This document shows positions 42,594-53,375 of a stretch of 64,000 bases of DNA, one piece after another. A program made the position numbers and the translations under genes. The notes beneath the pieces were generated by a model. It was given only the letters and a program-made list of their open reading frames with translations. It did not search any database and was not told the DNA's origin. Origin of the DNA: Clostridia bacterium (GTDB lineage Bacteria; Bacillota; Clostridia; UMGS1883; UMGS1540). Positions within the stretch are counted from its first letter, which is position 1; the number at the start of each line of letters is the position of its first letter. The DNA is taken from positions 1 through 64,000 of the forward strand of contig JAZSIR010000020.1 of the NCBI GenBank assembly GCA_045533905.1. Reading direction: 5' to 3'.

Positions 42594-44299
42594 TATTGGG
42601 CCTCCCTAAATAGACGGAGTACTTCTGAAACGGCATCGCTCGAAGCCATTTCCTGATATCCTTCTTCGCCGCGCTTTTTAAATTCGACCATACCTTCGCC
42701 CGCTTTTTTGCCAACGGTGATGCGAATCGGCATACCGATAAGGTCAGCATCTTTAAATTTAACACCGGGGCGCTCGTCGCGGTCATCCAAAAGGACATCT
42801 ACACCGCTCTCTAAAAGGGTGTTATACATTTCTTCCGCAAGGCGCATCTGTGTTTCATCGCCTTTGTTTACTACGATAATTTCAGCCTTATAAGGCGCAA
42901 TGCACATAGGCCAGATAATGCCGTTTTCGTCATGCATCTGTTCAATTACAGCGGCAATGCAGCGGTTTACGCCGATGCCGTAGCAGCCCATGATTACCGG
43001 CTGTTCTTCCCCATTTTCATCCGGGAAAGTAAGACCTAACGCTTTCGAGTACTTTGTACCCAGCTTGAAAATATGACCTATTTCAATGCCATGCACCGTT
43101 TCCATACGGCCGCCGCACTTCGGACAAATATCGCCACTTGTGATTGTGCGAAGATCGGCTACGGCTGTGGGCACAAAATCGCGGTTTGCTTCTACATTTA
43201 TAAGATGGTATCCGGTTTCGTTTGCGCCGACAACCATCTGCTTCATTTCCATAACCTCACGGTCTGCATACACAGGGATGGAAAGACCGACAGGACCTGC
43301 AAAACCAACCTCAGCCTTTGTAATATCGCGAACGGCAAAAGGTTCTGCAAGTTCTGCTTCTTCGGAAGAGCCGAGAAGGTTTTGAAGCTTTATCGGGTTT
43401 ACTTCTCTATCACCACGTACCATAACGGCTACATACTGTTCGCCCACCTTATAAATCAAGGTTTTGGCAAAGCGATATGCGGGCACACCCAAAGAATCGG
43501 TAAGTTCTTCAATGGTGTGTGCATTCGGTGTTTCGAGTTTTTCCATCGGCTTCTCTTCTGCCGGATATTCCATTTTCTGCGGAATGCATTCTGCCTTTTC
43601 TTCGTTGGCGGCATATTTACAGGTTTCGCAGTATGCAATTACATCTTCGCCAACTTCCGATTTTACCATAAATTCCTGAGAGCCGCTACCGCCCATAGCG
43701 CCACTATCGGCATCTACTACGATGTAATCAAGACCGAGGCGGTCAAAGATTCTGCAGTATGCCTTATACATGGCATCATACGAGGCATCGAGCCCTTCCT
43801 TTGTAAGGTCGAAGCTGTATGCATCCTTCATTACAAATTCGCGGCTACGCATTACGCCAAAGCGCGGACGGCGTTCGTCACGATATTTGGTCTGAATTTG
43901 GTACAGCGTCATCGGTAATTCTTTATAAGAACGCACCGTGCTCTTTACGGTTTCTGTGAAAATTTCTTCATGTGTGGGCCCAAGGCAGAAATCACGGTCG
44001 TTTCTGTCCTTAAGGCGAAACATACTGGCACCGAAAATATCCCATCTGCCTGTTTCCATATAGGCTTCTGCCGGCAAAAGTGCACTCATTAAAAGTTCCT
44101 GTGCGCCCGCTTTATCCATTTCCTCACGAACGATTTCTTCTACGTTCTTGAGAGTTTTAAGGCCGAGCGGCAAGAACGAATATACACCTGCGGCAAGCTT
44201 ACGAATCAGCGCCGCGCGGAGCATTAAACGATGGCTTGCAATTTCTGCCTCTGCCGGCACTTCACGAAGCGTCGGCATCAGTAATTTTGACATTCTCAT
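42593..44299 (-). CDS. proS: Proline--tRNA ligase (with editing domain)
   Basis: [26 protein letters not shown]. Confidence 0.97.
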   Translation of the reverse strand: MRMSKLLMPTLREVPAEAEIASHRLMLRAALIRKLAAGVYSFLPLGLKTLKNVEEIVREEMDKAGAQELLMSALLPAEAYMETGRWDIFGASMFRLKDRNDRDFCLGPTHEEIFTETVKSTVRSYKELPMTLYQIQTKYRDERRPRFGVMRSREFVMKDAYSFDLTKEGLDASYDAMYKAYCRIFDRLGLDYIVVDADSGAMGGSGSQEFMVKSEVGEDVIAYCETCKYAANEEKAECIPQKMEYPAEEKPMEKLETPNAHTIEELTDSLGVPAYRFAKTLIYKVGEQYVAVMVRGDREVNPIKLQNLLGSSEEAELAEPFAVRDITKAEVGFAGPVGLSIPVYADREVMEMKQMVVGANETGYHLINVEANRDFVPTAVADLRTITSGDICPKCGGRMETVHGIEIGHIFKLGTKYSKALGLTFPDENGEEQPVIMGCYGIGVNRCIAAVIEQMHDENGIIWPMCIAPYKAEIIVVNKGDETQMRLAEEMYNTLLESGVDVLLDDRDERPGVKFKDADLIGMPIRITVGKKAGEGMVEFKKRGEEGYQEMASSDAVSEVLRLFREAQ

Positions 44300-44344
44300 A
44301 ATTTCTTTTTCCTTCCTCGCAAATTAAACGGTACTCTCTATCTC

Positions 44345-47300
44345 TTATTTATAGTACTGTACACCGGAAATAAAGAGGCCTTGGTCTTTTTCACCGGGAA
44401 TATTCTGATAGGTAAAGCCTTGTGCACGTTCAGAGTGTGCCATCTTACCGAATACACGGCCGTCCGGGCTCGAAATACCTTCGATCGCCCATACGGATCC
44501 GTTCGGGTTATGCGGCATATCCATTGTGGCATTACCGCTTTCATCTACGTACTGCGTAGCAATCTGCCCGCCCGAAAGAAGGGCGCGGAGGGTTTCTTCA
44601 TTTGCCACGAAGCGACCTTCACCGTGCGAAACGGCTACGGAGTGCACGTCACCCACGCGGGTATTTGCGAGCCACGGCGAAAGCGTGGAAGCTATGCGTG
44701 TGCGCACCATTGTGGAAACGTGGCGGCCGATTGTGTTGTACGTAAGCGTCGGGCAATCGGCATCCATATCACGAATTTCGCCAAACGGAACAAGGCCGAG
44801 CTTGATAAGCGCCTGGAAGCCGTTGCAGATACCGAGCATAAGACCGTCTCTTTGCTTTAAGAGGCGCATTACGCTATCGCGAACTGCTGCCTGACGGAAA
44901 ACAGTTGCGATGAACTTACCGGAGCCGTCCGGTTCGTCACCACCGGAGAAGCCGCCGGGGATCATAATAATCTGGGCTTTATCGGCGCGTTCTGCAAGAT
45001 TTTGTACCGACTCACCGATTGCGGCAGATGTAAGGTTGCGAATGACACATACATCCGGTACGGCACCTGCCTTTTCGAAGGCGCGGGCCGTATCATATTC
45101 GCAGTTCGTACCCGGGAATACGGGGATAAGAACGCGCGGTTTTGCAAAGGATTCTTTTGCAACGATGGGGCAAGCTACGGAGGAAGAAATCGTTTCTGCC
45201 GCGCCCTTTGCCGGTACCACCGTCGGGAATACTTTTTCGAGCGGTGCTTCGTAAGCAGCAACGGCCTCATCGAGAGAGATAATCGCATCAGAAAGGCGAA
45301 TTTCTGCTTTTTCAGTCGTGCTGCCAATGAGAATACCGTCGATATCTGCATCGGTTTCTACCAAAATAGAACCGTACATTGCCGTATACAAATCGATATC
45401 CGCGGTAATTTCAGCGCCGATACGGTTACCGAAGCACATCTTGCTGATAGCTTCAGAGAGGCCGCCTGCGGTAATGGTGTGTGCGCTGATTACCTTGTCG
45501 CGAATGCTGTAATAGTATGCCAAATTCTTCTTGAGGGCTTCCATATCCGGCAAGAGATTCTTGTCAAGCGGTGTGCGAATGAGGTAGAGCTTGCTGCCTG
45601 CCTTCTTCAGTACGTTGCCGATAACTGCATCAACGGAAAGCGGTGCTACTGCGAAGGAAACGAGTGTGGGCGGCACGTCAATATCCTTAAAGGTGCCGGA
45701 CATACTGTCCTTACCGCCGATAGCGCCAAGGCCGAGCTGCATCTGTGCATAGTATGCACCAAGGAGTGCAGAAAGCGGTGCGCCCCATCTCTTCGGGTCG
45801 CTACCCGGACGGGCGAAGTATTCCTGGAGGGTCAGATAGCAATCTGCGTAATTTGCGCCGACTGCCGCTGCCTTCGTAACGCTTTCCACGATAGCACATA
45901 CAGCGCCGTGGAAAGGACTCTTTTCAGAAAGATACGGGCTAAAACCATGTGCCATAACGGTACCGGTTTTTGTCTCGCCTTGGATAAGCGGAAGCTTTGC
46001 AACCATGCTTTCCATCGGCGTGTCCTGTGTTTTGCCGCCGTACGGCATAAAGACTGTGCCTGCGCCGATGGAACTGTCGAACATTTCAACAAGGCCCTTC
46101 TGGCTGCAAACATTAAGGTCGGAAAGAGTTTCAATAAAGCGTTTTTTATTGTCCCCTTCCGTAGGAATTGTGGTGTACATATCGGCATCGAGCTTCGGCT
46201 GTTCAATTTTAACATCCGTTTTCTTTTCGGCGCCGTTCGTATTGAGGAATGCACGGGAAAGGTCAACAATCTTTTTGCCTCTCCACTGCATGGTAAGACG
46301 CGGTTCTGCTGTAACCTCGGCCACGACAGTTGCTTCAAGGTTTTCTTTGTCCGCCTTCTGCATAAAGCGTTCTACGTTTTCTTTTGCGACTACAACTGCC
46401 ATTCTTTCCTGCGATTCGCTGATGGCAAGTTCTGTGCCGTCGAGCCCGTCGTACTTTTTCGGTACCTTATCAAGGTCAATGCGAAGACCGTCAGCAAGTT
46501 CGCCGATGGCAACGGATACACCGCCTGCACCAAAGTCGTTACAACGCTTAATCATGCGGGCCGTTTCGCCATCGCGGAAAAGACGCTGAATTTTACGTTC
46601 TTCCGGCGGATTACCCTTCTGGACTTCTGCACCGCAAGCGGACAGAGATTCTTCTGTATGGGCTTTAGACGAGCCTGTAGCACCGCCACAGCCGTCTCGC
46701 CCGGTTCTGCCGCCGAGGAGAATAATCACATCGCCCGGCGTAGGCTCTTCGCGCACAACATTTTCCTTGGGCGTTGCGGCAATAACCGCACCGAGTTCCA
46801 TACGCTTTGCCACATAGTTCGGGTGGTAAATTTCTTTTACAATACCGGTAGCAAGACCGATCTGGTTACCATAGGAACTATAACCGGCTGCTGCGCTCTT
46901 TGTAATTTTACGCTGCGGCAACTTGCCGGGAAGCGTTTCATCCATGGATGCGCGCGGGTCAGCAGCACCCGTAATACGCATAGCCTGATATACATAGGAT
47001 CTGCCGGAAAGCGGGTCACGGATAGCGCCGCCAAGGCAAGTGGCCGCGCCGCCGAACGGTTCGATTTCCGTCGGATGGTTGTGCGTTTCGTTTTTGAACA
47101 TTACGAGATACGGCATCTTTTCGCCGTCAATGTCAGCTTCTACCTCAATGGAGCAAGCGTTGATTTCTTCGGAAATGTCAAGCTTCGTAAGATAGCCTTT
47201 TTTGCGAAGCTCTTTCCCTGCCGCCGTTGCAATCTGCATAAGGCAGGGACGGCGTCCTGTTTTCAGGAATTCTTCATACGTATCTTTCACAATGCCATCT

Positions 47301-48004
47301 TCAATTTCCACATTCTCAAGGTTTGTTAAGAAAGTGGTGTGACGGCAATGGTCAGACCAGTACGTATCAATCATACGGATTTCCGTCACGAACGGGTCGC
47401 GGCCTTCTTCTTTGAAATGCGCGCGGCAGAAGCGAAGGTCATCCATATCCATCGCAAGCCCCATCTCAGAAAGAAGCTTCGAAAGCGCCGCATCATCCAT
47501 ATCAATAAACCCTTCAATCTGTGCAACATCGGCGGGCACAGTCTGCTTCGCTTCAAGCGTTTCGGGCTTTTCAAGGGAAGCTTCCATTGCTTCCACGGGG
47601 TTAATCATATACTTTTTAACAGCTTCAAAATCTGCATCGGAAATATCGCCGGAAAGGGCAATGATGCGAGCAGAAGCAACTGCCGGCTTTTCTCTACCGG
47701 TTAAAAGCTGAATACACTGTGCGGCAGAGTCTGCACGCTGGTCATACTGACCGGGCAAATAGCAAATCGCAAAATAGCGACCGGAAAGCTCTATGCTTTC
47801 ATCGTAGCAGTTATCTACCTGCGGCTCGGACAAAATTGTCGTCTTTGCCATTTCGTATTCGGCATCGGAAATACCGTCAATATCATAGCGCTTAATAATG
47901 CGAACATCTGTAAGACCGGAAAGCGCGAGATTGCTTTTTAAATCTTCGCGGAGTGCTGCGGCTTCTACATCTGTTCTTTTTTCAACAAATACTCTTCTTA
48001 CCAT
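44345..48004 (-). CDS. purL: Phosphoribosylformylglycinamidine synthase (clostridial single-chain type)
   Basis: WSDHCRH, ETHNHPT, DFGAGG, GGKDSM, GGFSGGD, GICNGFQ, SHGEG. Confidence 0.96.
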   Translation of the reverse strand: MVRRVFVEKRTDVEAAALREDLKSNLALSGLTDVRIIKRYDIDGISDAEYEMAKTTILSEPQVDNCYDESIELSGRYFAICYLPGQYDQRADSAAQCIQLLTGREKPAVASARIIALSGDISDADFEAVKKYMINPVEAMEASLEKPETLEAKQTVPADVAQIEGFIDMDDAALSKLLSEMGLAMDMDDLRFCRAHFKEEGRDPFVTEIRMIDTYWSDHCRHTTFLTNLENVEIEDGIVKDTYEEFLKTGRRPCLMQIATAAGKELRKKGYLTKLDISEEINACSIEVEADIDGEKMPYLVMFKNETHNHPTEIEPFGGAATCLGGAIRDPLSGRSYVYQAMRITGAADPRASMDETLPGKLPQRKITKSAAAGYSSYGNQIGLATGIVKEIYHPNYVAKRMELGAVIAATPKENVVREEPTPGDVIILLGGRTGRDGCGGATGSSKAHTEESLSACGAEVQKGNPPEERKIQRLFRDGETARMIKRCNDFGAGGVSVAIGELADGLRIDLDKVPKKYDGLDGTELAISESQERMAVVVAKENVERFMQKADKENLEATVVAEVTAEPRLTMQWRGKKIVDLSRAFLNTNGAEKKTDVKIEQPKLDADMYTTIPTEGDNKKRFIETLSDLNVCSQKGLVEMFDSSIGAGTVFMPYGGKTQDTPMESMVAKLPLIQGETKTGTVMAHGFSPYLSEKSPFHGAVCAIVESVTKAAAVGANYADCYLTLQEYFARPGSDPKRWGAPLSALLGAYYAQMQLGLGAIGGKDSMSGTFKDIDVPPTLVSFAVAPLSVDAVIGNVLKKAGSKLYLIRTPLDKNLLPDMEALKKNLAYYYSIRDKVISAHTITAGGLSEAISKMCFGNRIGAEITADIDLYTAMYGSILVETDADIDGILIGSTTEKAEIRLSDAIISLDEAVAAYEAPLEKVFPTVVPAKGAAETISSSVACPIVAKESFAKPRVLIPVFPGTNCEYDTARAFEKAGAVPDVCVIRNLTSAAIGESVQNLAERADKAQIIMIPGGFSGGDEPDGSGKFIATVFRQAAVRDSVMRLLKQRDGLMLGICNGFQALIKLGLVPFGEIRDMDADCPTLTYNTIGRHVSTMVRTRIASTLSPWLANTRVGDVHSVAVSHGEGRFVANEETLRALLSGGQIATQYVDESGNATMDMPHNPNGSVWAIEGISSPDGRVFGKMAHSERAQGFTYQNIPGEKDQGLFISGVQYYK

Positions 48005-48179
48005 GCTGTTTCCTTTCTGCAAGCGGCCGAAATACTATGCCAGGCTCACTCTTCTGTATACTTTTTTACACATATAATTAAGTATATATGGAAATTCGCG
48101 CAAAGTCAAGTTTTTTCGCAAAAAACAATAAATAAATGCAGTAAAAAAAGGCGTGCATTTTGCCGCCTTTTTTGTGGAA

Positions 48180-48563
48180 TTATTCCCCTTTTTCTTCCTT
48201 CTTCTTTTTGATGAACTCCGTCACCTTTTCTATGGCTACGGGAATATAGTCCGTAAGCTTTTCGGGACAGCCTGTCCCGATCGGCAAAAACTGCACATGG
48301 CTGCCCGTAACCACCAGAAATCCCATCGGATTTATAGATACGCCGCCACCCGTTCCACCACCGAAATTCGCGCTGCCCTCAACCGGCTTTGCTTTGGAGG
48401 AAAACTCCGTTCCGCCTGCGCCGAAGCCAAAGCTGACGCGGGAAATCGGAATGATCACAGTGCCGTCCGAGGTTTCTACCGGTTCCCCCACAATCGTATT
48501 GACATCGACCATTTCTTTAATGCTGTTCATTGCCGTTGCAACCAGTTCTGCAATAGGTGTCAT
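48180..48563 (-). CDS. ytfJ: Sporulation protein YtfJ/GerW
   Basis: MVDVNTIVGEP, IIPISRVSFGFGAGG, FGGGTGGGV. Confidence 0.92.
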   Translation of the reverse strand: MTPIAELVATAMNSIKEMVDVNTIVGEPVETSDGTVIIPISRVSFGFGAGGTEFSSKAKPVEGSANFGGGTGGGVSINPMGFLVVTGSHVQFLPIGTGCPEKLTDYIPVAIEKVTEFIKKKKEEKGE

Positions 48564-49102
48564 AAAACATCTTCCTTTCTGATTTTATATATTAAACCGA
48601 GGCAGTATATAAGGCGCAATCGGAAATCGCCGCGGAATTCTGCCTCAAAACCCATCCCCTGAAATACAGGCGTGATGCTGACCTCGTGTTTTTTTAGGAC
48701 AAAGTATCTGTCAATTGTGCCGAGGATGTTATAAATTGCCGCATACCCCGCGCCTGTTGCAATTCCGGTATCTGCCGCATCGCCAAGCCCCATCCGCACG
48801 CGAAGTGAAAACAGATGCACGGTGAATTTCTTGCGAAGGTAAGAAAGAATCTCCACACCCTTTGAAAGCAGCGTTTCAAGTTCCCGGAACGAAAAATCTT
48901 TCTTCTCCTTTTCCTGTTTCTCCAGAGCCGGCTGTTTCTTTTTCCGCGAAAGGAGACCCGAAATATTGAACTGCAAAAAGCCGAGGCCTGCGCGCAGTGT
49001 GTACTTCGGCGTATTTTCAAGATAGGAAAAGGAAATCTGAATTCGCAAAGGTGCCAGAAGAAGCAGGAAGCAAAGCAGCAATACGCCTATGGCAATATAC
49101 AC
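48560..49102 (-). CDS. DUF2953 (YtfI-like) protein
   Basis: N-terminal TM, G..DAADTGI..G motif; upstream of ytfJ. Confidence 0.8.
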   Translation of the reverse strand: MYIAIGVLLLCFLLLLAPLRIQISFSYLENTPKYTLRAGLGFLQFNISGLLSRKKKQPALEKQEKEKKDFSFRELETLLSKGVEILSYLRKKFTVHLFSLRVRMGLGDAADTGIATGAGYAAIYNILGTIDRYFVLKKHEVSITPVFQGMGFEAEFRGDFRLRLIYCLGLIYKIRKEDVL

Positions 49103-49120
49103 ACCGCATCCCCCCTTTTT

Positions 49121-49657
49121 CTATTCTTCCCCTTCGTTTTTCTCTTTATTCTCCATTTCTACCTTTGGGAGTGCTTCCAGAGAAGAAAGCCCAAAGCAGC
49201 GAAGAAATTCCTCAGTAGTTACATATAAAATCGGCCTTCCGGGTACATCGAGCCTTCCGGCTTCGTCAATAAGGCCACGCTCCGTAAGCTTTATAATGGA
49301 ATAGCTGCTGTCCACACCGCGAATTGATTCCACGCGGCTTTTCGTAATCGGCTGATTATAGGCAATCACAGAAAGTGTTTCGAGCGCCGACGGAGAAAGA
49401 CCGCGCCGCCTTTTAGGCTCGGTAACCTTCCGCACATCGTCCGCATATTCCTCGCGGGTGCACATCTGAAACGCTTCGCCAAGCGTGATGATTTTAATGC
49501 CTCTTTTCTCTGCATCATAGCGTTCAGCAAGGCGCAGAACAATCTGCCGTGCGGCCGCAATTTCGATCTCCAGAGCCGCCGCCATTTCTGCCACGGTTAC
49601 GGATTCGCCCGCACCGAAAAGTACCGCTTCTGCTCTGCATTCCAGATTCTCAGTCAT
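49121..49657 (-). CDS. scpB: SMC-Scp complex subunit ScpB
   Basis: EAVLF, LETLSVIAYNQPITK, IRGV, GRPILY.TT..FL..FGL. Confidence 0.95.
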   Translation of the reverse strand: MTENLECRAEAVLFGAGESVTVAEMAAALEIEIAAARQIVLRLAERYDAEKRGIKIITLGEAFQMCTREEYADDVRKVTEPKRRRGLSPSALETLSVIAYNQPITKSRVESIRGVDSSYSIIKLTERGLIDEAGRLDVPGRPILYVTTEEFLRCFGLSSLEALPKVEMENKEKNEGEE

Positions 49658-50369
49658 TTTTCCCGCCTCCGCAGAGATAAATTTCATCGTTTTTCTCTTC
49701 AATTCTGATTTTCCCGCGGCTGACAAGGTGCAACACCGCAAGAAAAGTAGCAATACACGCGTCTCGCGTGGTTATCCCTTCAAAAACCTTTGCAAACGGT
49801 TTTCTTGTCCCCTTCTTAAACAGGCCTTCCACATACGTGAGCTTTTCCGAAAGCGACACGCGCTGCACGCGTACAATTTCGCGAAACGCTTCTGCTTTCG
49901 GCGGCGCCTTCTCCTCGAAGCGCTCCGCCACAGCCAGAAAAGCGCGCATAAGGCTTTCAATCGGGATGCTTTCGTTTTCGATCGGCGCCGCACCAAGGGC
50001 TTCCGGTGCCTTGAAATAGTTGTCAATGGTACTGAACTGGATTTCCTCAAGCCGCCCCGCCGCTTCTTTTGCCGCCTTGTAAAGGCGGAGGCGTTCCTCC
50101 AGTTCTTCTTTGGGATCCTCTTCCGCTTCCTCTTCCGTCTTCGGAAGGAGAAGCCGCGATTTTATGTACAGAAGATGCGAAGCCATAAGGAGGAACTCTC
50201 CCGTAATCTCCATATCCATCTCTGCCATTTTGTCCAGATACGCAAGATACTGCTCGGTGATGTCCGCAATCGGAATATCCGTAAGATCAATTTTATGCTT
50301 TTGCACAAGATGCAAAAGAAGATCGAGTGGGCCTTCAAAGGCCTCAAGCTTAAACTGCAATCCTTCCAT
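49650..50369 (-). CDS. scpA: Segregation and condensation protein ScpA
   Basis: FEGPLDLLLHL, FL.MAS.L..IKS..LLP, TFLAVL.L. Confidence 0.95.
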   Translation of the reverse strand: MEGLQFKLEAFEGPLDLLLHLVQKHKIDLTDIPIADITEQYLAYLDKMAEMDMEITGEFLLMASHLLYIKSRLLLPKTEEEAEEDPKEELEERLRLYKAAKEAAGRLEEIQFSTIDNYFKAPEALGAAPIENESIPIESLMRAFLAVAERFEEKAPPKAEAFREIVRVQRVSLSEKLTYVEGLFKKGTRKPFAKVFEGITTRDACIATFLAVLHLVSRGKIRIEEKNDEIYLCGGGKND

Positions 50370-50373
50370 ATCG

Positions 50374-51021
50374 TCACCCGGCTATCCCTAAAATCAGTTT
50401 CCGGTAAACAGAGAAAATTGCCTGCCTGAAAAAGCCGAGCGGCGCATCCAGAAGCCCCAGAAACAGAAGTAAGAATAAAACGGGCATAGCATATCTTTCA
50501 TATTCCATCAGCTTATAGTACCAGCGGTTCGGCAAAAAGTACGCCAGAATCTTCGAACCATCAAGTGGCGGAAACGGAATTAAATTAAAAACACCGAGAC
50601 CGATATTAAGCATAATGCCTACAATGAAAAGGTTTTCAAAAAATCCCACCAAGAAGAAGGTACCTCCTCCGAAAAGGCGGATTAAAAGACCATAGAGAAC
50701 AGAAAAAATGAGCGCTAATACAAAATTGGATACAGGCCCTGCAACTCCTACAAGACTCATCCCCCTCTTCGGGTTTTTAAAGTATTGGGGATTTACAGGA
50801 ACGGGCCTTGCCCAACCAAAGCCAAACAAAAGCATGCAGATTGCACCCGTGATATCCATATGCCGCATCGGGTTTAGCGAGAGGCGGCCGTACATTTTAG
50901 CAGTTCTGTCCCCCAAAAGATATGCCACGTATCCATGCGCGCATTCGTGAACGGATATGGCAAGGAAAATAATCGGTATACGAAGTAATAACAAGCGAAA
51001 ATCTAGGCCTCCGAATAGCAT
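50374..51021 (-). CDS. Site-2 protease (M50)
   Basis: HECAH, FGWARPVP, AGP.SN, FNLIPFPPLDG. Confidence 0.92.
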   Translation of the reverse strand: MLFGGLDFRLLLLRIPIIFLAISVHECAHGYVAYLLGDRTAKMYGRLSLNPMRHMDITGAICMLLFGFGWARPVPVNPQYFKNPKRGMSLVGVAGPVSNFVLALIFSVLYGLLIRLFGGGTFFLVGFFENLFIVGIMLNIGLGVFNLIPFPPLDGSKILAYFLPNRWYYKLMEYERYAMPVLFLLLFLGLLDAPLGFFRQAIFSVYRKLILGIAG

Positions 51022-51032
51022 TTCGTTCTCCT

Positions 51033-52313
51033 TTATATGTCGTTCTTTACAATATCCGCATAGGTTTCGCGGCGGACAATCAGCTTTGCCTTGCCGTCCT
51101 TTACCATAACAACCGCAGGGCGCGGCAGGCGGTTATAATTGCTGCTCATGGAATAGTTATAGGCTCCTGTGGATAGCACTGCCAGAAGGTCTCCACGCGA
51201 AACGTGCGGAAGGCGTGCATCACGGATCAAAATGTCACCAGATTCGCAGGACTTGCCGCAAATAGTAACAACTTCCTCCCGTTTGGCATCCGGCCTTTCG
51301 GGAAGCACGGCTTCATATTCTGCGCCGTACATAATAAATCTCGGATTATCTGCCATACCGCCATCTACAGAGACATATTTGCGGATGCCCGGGATATCTT
51401 TAACAGCCCCAACCGTGTACACCGTAATGCCAGCTTCGCCCACAATAGAACGGCCGGGTTCCACTAAAAGGCGCGGACGCGGTACGCCGTACTTTTCAGA
51501 AGCCGCTTTCACGGCACGGATAGTGGAAATCATCGCGTCGTAATAGGGACGCGGACGGTCTTCTTCAGTATATCGGATGCCAAAGCCACCGCCGAGATCC
51601 ACTTCTTCAAGCAAATGGCCGCAAGCCGCATATACATCTGCCACCAGTTTGACCATAATATCAGCCGCCGTTTCAAACGGTTCATCCTCAAAAATCTGCG
51701 AACCGATATGGCAATGAATGCCGGAAATTTTAAAGTTTTTGTATGGTTTGCAAAGTACTCTTACAGCATCGCCGTTTGCAAGGCTGACGCCAAACTTTGA
51801 ATCTTCCTGCCCGGTCTGGATAAAATCGTGCGTATGCGCTTCGATACCAGGGCGAATACGAAGAAGGATGCGTGGAATATGCGCACTTTCTTCCAAAAGC
51901 GAATCGAGAATTAAAAGTTCCTCTTCACTATCTGCAACAATGCGCCCAACGCCACTTTCGATGGCATACTCGAGCTCTTCCATACTTTTATTGTTTCCGT
52001 GAAAACAAATTCTTTCTGCCGGAAACTCCGCGGAAAGCGCGGTATACAGTTCCCCGCCGGAAACTACGTCAAGACCAAGTCCTTCACCGCGGGCCACGCG
52101 GCAGATTTCCTTTGTGCAAAAGGCTTTTGAAGCATACTGCACAATGCCGTTTCCTTCATATTCATCCTCAATTGCACGGCGGTATGCGCGCATATTTTCC
52201 TGAATTTTTCCCTTGTCCATTATAAATAAAGGCGTACCGAATTCTTCCGCCAGCGCAGGCACCTCTGCACCGCCGATTCTCAGCACGCCGTTTGACTCTC
52301 TCTCCTGTGTCAT
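51033..52313 (-). CDS. lysA: Diaminopimelate decarboxylase
   Basis: YASKAF, SKFG, HCHIGSQ, LGGG, EPGRS, CESGD, GAY; exact start uncertain. Confidence 0.95.
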   Translation of the reverse strand: MTQERESNGVLRIGGAEVPALAEEFGTPLFIMDKGKIQENMRAYRRAIEDEYEGNGIVQYASKAFCTKEICRVARGEGLGLDVVSGGELYTALSAEFPAERICFHGNNKSMEELEYAIESGVGRIVADSEEELLILDSLLEESAHIPRILLRIRPGIEAHTHDFIQTGQEDSKFGVSLANGDAVRVLCKPYKNFKISGIHCHIGSQIFEDEPFETAADIMVKLVADVYAACGHLLEEVDLGGGFGIRYTEEDRPRPYYDAMISTIRAVKAASEKYGVPRPRLLVEPGRSIVGEAGITVYTVGAVKDIPGIRKYVSVDGGMADNPRFIMYGAEYEAVLPERPDAKREEVVTICGKSCESGDILIRDARLPHVSRGDLLAVLSTGAYNYSMSSNYNRLPRPAVVMVKDGKAKLIVRRETYADIVKNDI

Positions 52314-52378
52314 TCCTTCATAAACCTCCGTGAATACCTTTCTAACAGTATACCACAAAGGTTTTTGTTTGTAAAGCC

Positions 52379-52549
52379 CTATTTTTCGATAATTGTGTCG
52401 ATAATACTACCAAGTGTGCGGAACGCTTTCGATGCTCCCTTTTTCATAGCCTTCGACTGTTTGTCTTTGATTGGGTCCATCAGCATACCGGTAACCGCAC
52501 CAATCATAATGCCCGCAACCATACCGGCCGTAAAACAGGTTTTATTCAT
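52379..52549 (-). CDS. Small YtxH-like membrane protein (56 aa, not in the ORF track)
   Basis: MNKTCFTAGMVAGIMIGAVTGMLMDPIKDKQSKAMKKGASKAFRTLGSIIDTIIEK; AAAGGAG RBS right after the sleB stop. Confidence 0.75.
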   Translation of the reverse strand: MNKTCFTAGMVAGIMIGAVTGMLMDPIKDKQSKAMKKGASKAFRTLGSIIDTIIEK

Positions 52550-52560
52550 TGCTTCTCCTT

Positions 52561-53238
52561 TCAGTTACAAAAAACGTGTTTTCCTATTGTCATCACTACC
52601 GGTCGAGTCCGTATCCACTTGTTTGTGGCTGTTCTTGGATTGTAGTAATAAATAGCCCCACCCACAGGATCCCATCCATTCAGCGCATCGCGCGCGGCGC
52701 GGATACAGCTTTCCGACATCTGTGCATTGATTTGTCCGTCCGAAACCGCCGTAAATGCACCGGGCTGGTAGACTACGCCGGCGATTGTATTTGGAAAAGA
52801 GGCGTGCCGCACGCGGTTCATAATGACTGCACCGACCGCCACCTGCCCCGTGTACGGTTCTCCCCTTGCTTCCCCATTAATAGCTCTCGCCAAAAGATAC
52901 ACATTACTCTCACTCACGCCAGTTCCGCCACTTTCGGCGGTTTCCCCTGTCGGAAGGCCCAGAGCACTGAGCGTTGCAGGCCCGGCGATGCCGTCAGGAG
53001 AAAGACCGTTCTTTTGCTGAAATTTTTTCACAGCCGCCGCAGTAGCGCTACCGTACACCCCGTCCACTTCACCGCGGTAGTACCCCCAGGATAAAAGGCG
53101 CTGCTGAATTTTAAACACCTCTTCCCCTTGGCTTCCAACCCGCGAAAGCGCATCCTCATAAAGAGGTGTACAGTATATATACACCACCATCCCCACGGTG
53201 CAAAGAAGTAGTCCTAATGTCTGTATTTTCCGATTCAT
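52561..53238 (-). CDS. sleB: Spore cortex-lytic enzyme
   Basis: PG-binding domain; GEARGEPY.GQVAVGAV.MNR; WDP..GAIYYYNP; IGKHVF. Confidence 0.93.
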   Translation of the reverse strand: MNRKIQTLGLLLCTVGMVVYIYCTPLYEDALSRVGSQGEEVFKIQQRLLSWGYYRGEVDGVYGSATAAAVKKFQQKNGLSPDGIAGPATLSALGLPTGETAESGGTGVSESNVYLLARAINGEARGEPYTGQVAVGAVIMNRVRHASFPNTIAGVVYQPGAFTAVSDGQINAQMSESCIRAARDALNGWDPVGGAIYYYNPRTATNKWIRTRPVVMTIGKHVFCN

Positions 53239-53375
53239 GGCCATCTCCCTTTCGGCGGCATTTCGCAAAAGAAAAAAGCCGCAATTCTGTGAATTACGAC
53301 TTTAGTTTTCTTTTTTATGCAATTTTTATGCGCAAATACAGAAATTCTGTTTTTGCAAAATGTTCCAAACTAAAT

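Noticed and set aside
45002-47329. 775-aa ORF antisense to purL, and similar long shadows at 6696-7571, 8441-9448, 20836-22008, 22895-23719, 56837-58213 and 60177-61265
   Set aside because: They lie opposite highly conserved genes, have no recognisable motifs, and are the expected by-product of codon bias.
48005-48110. Possible purine, PRPP or ZTP riboswitch upstream of purL
   Set aside because: The leader is short and lacks the conserved motifs of these classes, as far as can be judged by eye.
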